DNA from: Pachysolen tannophilus NRRL Y-2460
Lineage: Eukaryota
Length of the DNA: 64,000 nt
Direction of reading: 5' to 3'
Assembly (NCBI GenBank): GCA_001661245.1
Contig: KV454012.1
Span: 1,136,848 to 1,200,847 of the forward strand
Position numbers and translations under genes: made by a program. The notes beneath the pieces were generated by a model. That model did no database searches. It saw only the letters and a program-made list of their open reading frames with translations, and was not told the DNA's origin. Positions 33,416-41,812 of the stretch are shown one piece after another (position 1 is the first letter of the stretch; each line of letters opens with the position of its first letter).

Positions 33416-34720
33416 TTATTGGAATAGTAATGAGGCAGCTAAATCCACGTTTCCATCACATTGTTGTAATGCATTTATCACTTCAGCCCTTTGGAAACCC
33501 AAATTAATTAATTGTGTCACTTTTGATTCATCTACAACACTTGATGAACCTGAACCTGAACTTGAACTTGAGCCTAAACCACCATTTGGTAAAATAGTCG
33601 ATTGCTGTTGAAGTTTTTGTCTCTTTGTAGCGGCAGCTGCTGCAGCTGCTGCAGATCCTATAGGCACGGATGAGGATGAAGAAGGTCCACCACCACCAAG
33701 AACTTGTGCTTGAACTGGTGATGTGAATAAATTGTTGGGAATTTCAGCCTCACTTAAGAATGGAGTCTCCACATCGCTTAAAATTAAAACATTTTTTTTC
33801 AAATCAACAACACCCAGATGTCTTCTAAGCATATCTAAGCCCAATAATAAATCAACGGAAGTATCTATAACTGTGAATGAACATGGAACATAAGCATCTC
33901 CAATTTTTAAAGGTGCAGAATGAATTCTTCCTAAAATTTGTGTAGTACCAACACCCCTCGCCTCTCCTTTAAACCTTGTATCGATTAATTTTGATAACCC
34001 GCATTTCTCTGCAAGTTTAGGGCTTAAGATAGTCAGCTGTGCTCCTGTATCAACAAATGCCTTAACAGGGACTTTATTCAATTCTAAATTGACATAGAGC
34101 ATATGTACCTGAGTAAAACTTTCAGGTGAAATCTCATATGCCAATTTCATATTTTCTTCAATAGCCTCTTGTTGTATCAATTCCATAATTCTTTTCTGAT
34201 TTTCAATACTATCTGGATTTCTTTGTAATTCCAGTAATTCCAGTCTTGTAGAAGAATTACCATTAAATCCGCCACCTGAAAATTGTTCAACCTGAGCCAA
34301 GGCCAATCCTTTAAATTCTTCAGGTTTATCCAACACAGCTGCCATAGCAGGATTCGTCATGTTAAGTTGATTTCTTAAAGTCTCATTATTTAAAAACTTC
34401 AATCTTAATTCTTCAATCTGTCTATCAACTTGATTACCAATAGCCGCTGATGATGATAATACCCCTGATCCTTCACTATCATTATTATTGTTAAGTGAAT
34501 TTTGCCTTATCACTATTAAATCATTATCCGCAATCCCAATCTCTTTCAAGTTCTTTGAATTCTCTGTTAACGCCTGCGAATTCAATAGTAACGTCTGATT
34601 CTCCGAAGCTATATCTGTTTCTGCTTCTAAATAAGCTTTTAAATCAGCTAATGATAAATCGTCCCCGATATCTACTGAAAATACTTGACCACTACTCTCA
34701 GTGGCGATCGTTAACTTCAT
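33416..34720 (-). CDS. DDI1: UBL - retroviral-type protease - UBA proteasome shuttle
   Basis: UBL N-terminus, PESFTQVHMLY, AFVDTGAQ, GVGTTQILGRIH, DLLLGLDMLRRH, and C-terminal UBA LGF..AASLLFQ. Confidence 0.95.
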   Translation of the reverse strand: MKLTIATESSGQVFSVDIGDDLSLADLKAYLEAETDIASENQTLLLNSQALTENSKNLKEIGIADNDLIVIRQNSLNNNNDSEGSGVLSSSAAIGNQVDRQIEELRLKFLNNETLRNQLNMTNPAMAAVLDKPEEFKGLALAQVEQFSGGGFNGNSSTRLELLELQRNPDSIENQKRIMELIQQEAIEENMKLAYEISPESFTQVHMLYVNLELNKVPVKAFVDTGAQLTILSPKLAEKCGLSKLIDTRFKGEARGVGTTQILGRIHSAPLKIGDAYVPCSFTVIDTSVDLLLGLDMLRRHLGVVDLKKNVLILSDVETPFLSEAEIPNNLFTSPVQAQVLGGGGPSSSSSVPIGSAAAAAAAATKRQKLQQQSTILPNGGLGSSSSSGSGSSSVVDESKVTQLINLGFQRAEVINALQQCDGNVDLAASLLFQ

Positions 34721-34874
34721 TTCCTTTAACAATTAGCTTATCAAGATATTTATTTAACCTTTCCTTTCCTTTCTTCTCCTGTCCTGTCCTTTCTTTATAT
34801 ATTTAAATATAATATATATTACTAAGAATTCCTTGTTTTCTACTTGATTTTTGAATCTTGTTTTTGTTTACAAG

Positions 34875-34883
34875 TTTGCCACA
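34875..34883 (-). promoter_or_regulatory. PACE-like (Rpn4) site TGTGGCAAA upstream of DDI1
   Basis: One mismatch to GGTGGCAAA, about 155 bp upstream of a proteasome-linked gene. Confidence 0.5.
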
Positions 34884-35292
34884 ATACAGTTCGTGAACTA
34901 TGCACGACAAAGACAACCCCAGATCAACAGCCGCACTTATACTAATAATGGAAATAAAAGATGAAGCTTTAGTATTTAAAAGTTCATTCTTCTGATAAAG
35001 ATCAATTGAATGGCTATATTGTCTGTTGTTAAATAAAAATAAGCATTACTAACTCCTATATAAAAGAATTTCTTCAAGAGAAAAAAAAAAAAAAAAAAAA
35101 AAAAGAAAAAAAGAAAAAAGAAAAAGTGAAAAATGAAAAATGAAAAAAATTTAATCCTATATGAATGAACCAACTCTTGAAAAGAAAATAAAACAACTTA
35201 CTACACACGTAAGCAAAAGAAGAATAAGTTTAAAATTAAGAAAAAATGAACAAAGAAAACCAGCGACCAACCAATTGAGTTACGATGCAAGC

Positions 35293-36663
35293 TTATTCCC
35301 AATCATCGTCATCATCATCATCATCGTCATTATCACCAGCACTGGCACTAGCACTGGCACTATTTCCCTCTTCATTGTCCTTTTCTCTCTTTGTAGCAAT
35401 TACTTCTAAAGTTGAGCTATTAGCAGACAGTAAGTTATATGTCACCTCACTTGAAGTTCTAGATTGGTTTTGAGCTTCCAGTTTAAGGTTAGTGTTGGCT
35501 TCATTTTCACCTTCTTCACCTCCTTCAACCTCTTCACCTTCTTCGCCTTCTACTTCGTCTTCATCATCGTCCCAATCAAATTTTTCTTCAATATTATTAA
35601 GTTTACTACTTTCCAATAATTTCTTTCTTGTTACTTCTTCTTTATCAAACAAATCTTTGTTATAATAATATAAAGTCCAAAATTCTGTATCTGAGATTTT
35701 TTCTGGAACAATTAAATTATGTAAATTCAGTAAATCATTATTTTGTGATAATAATTTTTCAGTTTCATCTTTTTTAATAGAAATATTTGATGAAAATTCT
35801 TGAAATTTTTTCAAATCTTTAATTTTATTTTTATTCAAATACAATTCTTGAGAATTATTCAACTCGTACAATTGTTGTTCTGATCTCGAGGCATAAACTT
35901 TCCTAGTCTGAGCCAGAGTCAGTGCCAGTGCCCTTGCATCTAAATTTGAAGGAACGTTAAATAACATTTTCGAATCCTTATCATCTATTTCATCGTCATC
36001 ATCATCATCATCATAATCATTATTATTATTTGAATTTTCCTTCTTGTCAGCACCAGACGATGATGCAATAAGTGGTGACTCGATTGTGACAACATCTTTT
36101 AAATAAGAACCAAATTTTGAAGCAAACCCACCAACTATTTTTTCAACTTCATCTAAATCATCATCTAATTCGTTCATATAACTACTAGTTGTAGTAGATA
36201 ATAAATCCAACATCTTACGGGCTTCAGCTTTACTTTGGGTAAACCTCTGAGCTAACAGTTCTTGTCTTGATGCCTGTTCTGAAGATGATACTTCTAAACC
36301 TCGCGTCTTATCATCTTTTTCTTCCTTAATCGATAATTTTTCTAATCTATCTTTAGTTTGATTAACATAATCTGGTAAATTTTTTTGAAAATTTGTTAAA
36401 AATCCATTAAATGAACCCCAATTTTTACTAGTATTTCTTTCAAAATTATTATATAATTCATCAACTTTATTTTCAATATTTTCAGCAACTTTTTCAGTTT
36501 TCAGGTTAATATCATCTCCACCACTTGTACCACCACAATTTTCAACTCCACCTCCATTTTCCGACTTGACATTCGTCAAAGTTTCAACCGAGTTATCTGA
36601 ATGCATAAGACTTGATTCTTCCTTCGCTGAAGAACTCGGATTGATTTGATCATAAATATCCAT
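35293..36663 (-). CDS. DOS2: BSD-domain protein
   Basis: LLNLHNLIVPEKISDTEFWTLYYY BSD motif followed by FDWDDDEDE and an acidic tail ending DDWE. Lies in the OCA6/DOA4 block. Confidence 0.8.
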   Translation of the reverse strand: MDIYDQINPSSSAKEESSLMHSDNSVETLTNVKSENGGGVENCGGTSGGDDINLKTEKVAENIENKVDELYNNFERNTSKNWGSFNGFLTNFQKNLPDYVNQTKDRLEKLSIKEEKDDKTRGLEVSSSEQASRQELLAQRFTQSKAEARKMLDLLSTTTSSYMNELDDDLDEVEKIVGGFASKFGSYLKDVVTIESPLIASSSGADKKENSNNNNDYDDDDDDDEIDDKDSKMLFNVPSNLDARALALTLAQTRKVYASRSEQQLYELNNSQELYLNKNKIKDLKKFQEFSSNISIKKDETEKLLSQNNDLLNLHNLIVPEKISDTEFWTLYYYNKDLFDKEEVTRKKLLESSKLNNIEEKFDWDDDEDEVEGEEGEEVEGGEEGENEANTNLKLEAQNQSRTSSEVTYNLLSANSSTLEVIATKREKDNEEGNSASASASAGDNDDDDDDDDDWE

Positions 36664-37930
36664 TTTGAAATTTAATTTCTTTTTTAAAAAAAAAATTGAA
36701 ACGAGATTAACGCTTATATATAATTTTTTAAATTATCAATTTGGCTTGTTGTTTCTTCTTTTGGTCCACTAAGTGAACCACTTTGATTTTCGTGTGTAAA
36801 TAAATATATTTGTATATAAAATGCACTACTTTTGTTGTAATTTTTCACTCCAGTTTAAAATTCTGGGGTAAATCAATGGTTCAGAAGAGATTTAAAAAGA
36901 GACGAATAGTTATATTAGAATACTGGTGGGAAAGAGATAAAAGAGTGATTATGATTTGAAAAAAGAGAGAAACTAGAGTTTGTTATTTAGTTATGCTTAT
37001 TGTAGTTTTTGTTTAACGTCTAGGCCTGTGCTTTGGGCATGTGCTTAGGCCTAGGCTTGAGCCAGGGCCAGGGCCCCGGGGGCCAGAGCCAAACCCAAAC
37101 CCAAATGGGTGAGTTACTTCAGAGATATTTAAGGTAGGTATTAATTCATTTAATACCCCTAATTCTTAACTGGTTTGTAACCAATAGTTTATATATTAAT
37201 ATAGACTAAACTATTGTAAAAATATTTTTCTCTTTCGATTGATAATGATAAGACATAGTTTATTTCGGCTTTGGGGGTAAACTGGGAAGTTCCAAAAAAA
37301 AAAAGAAAAAGAAAAAAGGTTTCAAACGAGCAGTTCTATTGTTGTCCCGCACGATTATGCAAGCTAAAAGATAATAATACCCCCTTTTTATAACTTCAAT
37401 AACTTGAAAAGGTTTGTTATATTGGAGAGTAGTAGGTAGATGATTGTAGCTTTTTAAAATGACTAGATACTAAGAGACTTTGAAAAATTGGGTCAAGGTT
37501 GTTGTAATTTTTTGTTATCGATTAAATTTCTGAAATTGTGATCTGGATCAACATGTAAAATTTTATACATTATAACATCAAGTGAACTTTTTTTTTTCGT
37601 TTTCTTTTATATACATGGTTTGTACTGAAAAAAAGTGGACTTCTTAATAAAATAATACTTGTATCTAGTGTTGTTTTTTCTTTGCATTTGAAATTCTCGT
37701 CTCAGTGTGTAGTTATATCTTAGTAATTCTCACCGAAAACTCTACCATTTGGGATAAAGTTACCTGTGATATTGCATGGTTGATACTAACCAGGCTACAA
37801 AGAATCAAGCTATTTTTTTTTTTCAAAAGAATCAAAGATTGGTTTTTAGCAAAAAAAAAAGTTACTACATTTTATTTAAATAAAAAATATTGTTTTCATA
37901 TATTTAAAATATAAATAGCGAAGTGCAGTT

Positions 37931-39079
37931 CTAGCTTTCTGACTGTTTTTTTGACAGCTTTTGCAGAAACATTTCATCAATTTCTTTCTTATTAGCCTTG
38001 GCTCTTTGAGCTCTCCAAATTAAGTACTCTCTACAAGTTGTGACTGGATACTTTTGAGGGTTTTCTTCTGAGACACAAGTTGGAAGGGGATTTAAAACGT
38101 AATTTGGATTAAATCCAAAAAAGAAAGGAATGGAGTATCTTGTGGTAGCTGAATTATTTACCACTCTATGAATGGTGGATACAAATTTATCATTGGTCAA
38201 TCTCATTAAGCAATCGGCAACATTAACAACTAAAGCCCCTTCAATTGGTGGGACTTTAACCCAAAAATTCCTTTTATTTAAGACTTGTAAACCTGAAACT
38301 TTTCCTGGGTTAACTAATGTAAATATCTCAAAATCAGAATGAGCACCAATACCATTTTGCTCATCTTCAGTTACATCTTGTTGTGGGTAATGGAGAATCC
38401 TCATACATGCAGCAGGAGTAGTAACTGCTTCATCAAAATAGTCTTCTGGTAAATCCAATGCTAAGGCTACAATTTTAATTAAGGTCCTTGATACTTTTAA
38501 ACATTCTGAATGATATTTGAACATGTTTTCTTTAAAACCAGGAAGGCTCGAAGGCCACAAATTTTTAAATTCAGTACAATCACTGTTCTTCTCTGGTTTT
38601 AATGGATCAAAATCTCTTTCATAAGTAAAATTAAAAGCTTCCATCAAATCATTATACTTTCTATTTCCTCTATTATACCTACCAAAAGGGTGATAACCTT
38701 GGTACTCACTATCTGGAAGCAAACCAGTATAAACTTCCATTTTTTGATCTTCAGTTAAAGAATGGAAAAATTCTTTAGACCATTTAAAAGTATTCTCAGA
38801 AATTTCATCTGGTATACCATGGTTAATTGCATAGAAAAATCCAACTTTAGTACATACATCAAAGATATTTTTTGCAACTTTCTTCCTTTTTGCCAAGTCA
38901 GAAGAATACATATCTGCCAAATCAACAATTGGAATTGAGTCAAAATCATCTTCAAAACTAACTGAAGAATTAGAATCTGTATGAATGACCTTGCCGTTAT
39001 CCAAGTAAATTGTGGATTGGTCATGAGAGACATCCTTATTCTCAATTTTGGCAAAAGTAGTAGCAGTAGTCATTTCCAT
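37931..39079 (-). CDS. 2-oxoglutarate/Fe(II) dioxygenase (IPNS/DIOX_N family)
   Basis: IPIVDL..VGFFYAINHGI, RILHYP, HxD (GAHSDFE), GLQV, distal His (STIHRV) and RxS motif (RYSIPFF). ATG at 39079 or 39073. Confidence 0.92.
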   Translation of the reverse strand: MEMTTATTFAKIENKDVSHDQSTIYLDNGKVIHTDSNSSVSFEDDFDSIPIVDLADMYSSDLAKRKKVAKNIFDVCTKVGFFYAINHGIPDEISENTFKWSKEFFHSLTEDQKMEVYTGLLPDSEYQGYHPFGRYNRGNRKYNDLMEAFNFTYERDFDPLKPEKNSDCTEFKNLWPSSLPGFKENMFKYHSECLKVSRTLIKIVALALDLPEDYFDEAVTTPAACMRILHYPQQDVTEDEQNGIGAHSDFEIFTLVNPGKVSGLQVLNKRNFWVKVPPIEGALVVNVADCLMRLTNDKFVSTIHRVVNNSATTRYSIPFFFGFNPNYVLNPLPTCVSEENPQKYPVTTCREYLIWRAQRAKANKKEIDEMFLQKLSKKQSES

Positions 39080-39447
39080 AAAAAACAACTAGAAAAGTAG
39101 ATTGGACTAGATAAGCTAAATGGAAAGTTTTTGCTGATTTTCAAAAAAATAGTGAATTACAATTCACAATTGATATATATCTTGAATTTTCTTTTCTTTT
39201 TTCCTTTTTTTTTTTGACCAGTCACTAAAGAGGTCTTTGCCGAAATATAGTTAAAATAAGATATTTCCAATATGGTACAGATTTAGATATGATATTAACA
39301 TTATATTTACAAAAGGTTTACCACGGACTGCCAAGATCACATGGTATGAATGATGGACTAATAATTGGATACAGTCTTTAACTCAATTTTAAAGATAATT
39401 AATTATACATGGAAGAATTCAAACTCTTCTCTCAACTGAACCCTCAC

Positions 39448-39468
39448 CTTATCTTATCTTATCTTATC
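39448..39468 (-). promoter_or_regulatory. Four tandem overlapping GATAAG sites in the shared dioxygenase/transporter promoter
   Basis: CTTATCTTATCTTATCTTATC. Further GATAAG sites at 39110, 39785 (reverse) and 39977. Confidence 0.6.
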
Positions 39469-40079
39469 GAGTTTATCTTTTGATTCATTTATTGACACGT
39501 CGGTGAAGAGTACAACTGGTTCCGATGGGTCTATATTGTTGAACAGTACCTTCCACTTTCTCGGGAAAACCAGTGAGCTATCTATCTAGTGAAACTAGTG
39601 AAACTGGTAAGGCTAGTAATACTGGTAAAGCTAGTAAAGCTATTAACGGGTCATCTAGACATGCTGTCTTTGGTTTCGGTATACATGCCGACGGAGACGG
39701 TGCTCGAGAGCTGGTTTCAGCCGGCATACGTCTTTCTTCGTGAATCCAGTCGCAATCACCCAAACGCATAAAGCATCTTTCCTTCTTATCTCCTTCCTCA
39801 TTGATCATCATGCACCTTTAATTGCAAAAAGAAGATAATGAAATCTTCATTACTCTGTATGTGACTTCTACTTAAAATAGCATAGGAAAGGGTATTAAGC
39901 GACAAGATGCATGAGATAGATAAAAACTATGTTTTCATTTTTTTTTTTTTTTCAGGGTCAAGATGAAGTTTTGGTTGATAAGCAATGGTGGATGTATATA
40001 TAATGAGAAAAAAAAGCATTAAGCGTGTTTGATATTTGATTAAAATGTTATCGGGAAGGAAATCTTTGGGTTTTGGATA

Positions 40080-41585
40080 ATGTCTTTGATGGAGAAAGAA
40101 ACAGGCGAAGTTTCAGTTAAACCTGTACTTACAGATGAGATTTCAGGTAAAGAAGGTACAAACGGTTTATCTGAGGCACCTGTAGTGCACTTGAAGAAAT
40201 GGAGATGGAAATCTCCAGAAGTTCAAATGATGTGGTGTTCCTTTCTTGTTGCGTGTACAGCTGGGTTATATGTTGCAATCAATGGTCTTAGAAACAATGG
40301 TAAAATTAACAGTTCAACTTATACGCAAAACACTGATATTTCAACTGCAATAGGTAACGCTGTTTGGGTACTTTCTTCTTTGGTAGCAGGTGCAACGCTT
40401 AATTCTCTTGGCCCAAGATGGAGTATGGCAATTGGAGCTTTAGGGTATCCAATGTATATTAGTGGATTTTGGTTTTATGGTTCAGTAGGAACAGAAGGTG
40501 CAAAATACTGGATCTTTTTGGTGAGTGGGTTAGGTGCTGGACTTTTATTTGGGTTTTTATGGGCAGTTCAAAATTATCTTGTCAATTGCTATGCTAAAGA
40601 GAATGAAAAGGGATTATATGTGGCTCTCAATTGGTCAATCATTAAATCTGGTGCCGTTGTAGGATCGCTTATTGGGCTTTGTCTTAGTACAAACCTGACT
40701 TCAAATTCCGAAGCAGCTCCTTGGTATCTTTATTTGATCTTTATCTGTATCAATGTTGTTGCCATATTTGGGTCATTTTTTCTATGTGATCCAAGTGAAG
40801 TAAGAAGAAGTGATAATTCTAAAGTGGCTGTTTTCAAAAAACGTACCCTCAAAGAAGAACTTATAGTATTGAAGAATGCATTAATGGAAAGAAGAATTCA
40901 ATTAATGATTTTACCATTATTTTGTGCAGAAGTAAGTTTGGCTCCATGTTCTTCTGCTAATGCCTTCATTTTCAATGTTAGAACAAAATCTCTTAATAAT
41001 TTGTGCTACTGGATAGTACAAATACCTGGTGCTTTTATTCTTCACAAAATCTTGGACCGTAAAGGTGTTCCTAGAAAGACGAGAGCTTATTGGGGGTTAT
41101 TATATATATATGTTTTCATAACTGCAACTTTCCTCGGTTTTTACATAATGTACGGTGCCTGGGGAGGTGAACTGGCTTTTAGTAAAAGCTTATCATCCGA
41201 CGAATATCCAGATATTGATTGGACTGAGAAAAGGTATGCTGGCCCATTTATCTGGTACCTATGTTGTGGTGTTAGTTTCGGACTGTTATTGAACTACAGA
41301 TTATGGCTCATAGGGGCAATGAGCAATGATCCTAAAGTTTTGGGAACCTATTCAGGATTAGTTCCAGCATTCCAACTGGCGGGTATTGCATTGGCATTTG
41401 GAATTGCTTCAACCACTATTTCCTATACAAGTATGTTTGCCATTTGGTGGGTTTTACTTATGGTTTCTCTTCCATGTATGTTTTTAGTCATAAAGTATTA
41501 TGTCACTGATACTAATTACTTCAAAGAGGATGATGTCTACGTACCTGCTGAATATATAGAACAACTCAAGGTTAACGAAACTTGA
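40080..41585 (+). CDS. MFS transporter, UNC-93-like/DUF895 type
   Basis: About 12 hydrophobic segments. LNSLGPRW..GALGYPMY, GFLWAVQ..Y..ENEKGLY, VRRSDNSKV, FNVRTKSLNN, WLIGAMSND and VTDTNYFKEDDV are typical of fungal UNC-93-like transporters. Confidence 0.85.
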   Translation: MSLMEKETGEVSVKPVLTDEISGKEGTNGLSEAPVVHLKKWRWKSPEVQMMWCSFLVACTAGLYVAINGLRNNGKINSSTYTQNTDISTAIGNAVWVLSSLVAGATLNSLGPRWSMAIGALGYPMYISGFWFYGSVGTEGAKYWIFLVSGLGAGLLFGFLWAVQNYLVNCYAKENEKGLYVALNWSIIKSGAVVGSLIGLCLSTNLTSNSEAAPWYLYLIFICINVVAIFGSFFLCDPSEVRRSDNSKVAVFKKRTLKEELIVLKNALMERRIQLMILPLFCAEVSLAPCSSANAFIFNVRTKSLNNLCYWIVQIPGAFILHKILDRKGVPRKTRAYWGLLYIYVFITATFLGFYIMYGAWGGELAFSKSLSSDEYPDIDWTEKRYAGPFIWYLCCGVSFGLLLNYRLWLIGAMSNDPKVLGTYSGLVPAFQLAGIALAFGIASTTISYTSMFAIWWVLLMVSLPCMFLVIKYYVTDTNYFKEDDVYVPAEYIEQLKVNET

Positions 41586-41812
41586 AAATTGTTGCTATGC
41601 CTGTTATTATTATTACTACTATTACTATTATTATTTTATATTATTATTTTTATTACTGTTATCGTTTTTTATTCAATTCTATATTTTATTTATATTCAAT
41701 GTTTTTTTTTCTTTCAAAATAACTATTCTAAATGTGACTGACTGACTGATCTATATCTTAAAAAGTAAGCAAAAAAACAAAAAAACGAACGAACTGAAGC
41801 TTGAGAATCTAA

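Noticed and set aside
39578..39811. Short ORFs in the dioxygenase/transporter intergenic region
   Set aside because: Produced by the 9-bp repeat and higher GC; no recognisable domain.
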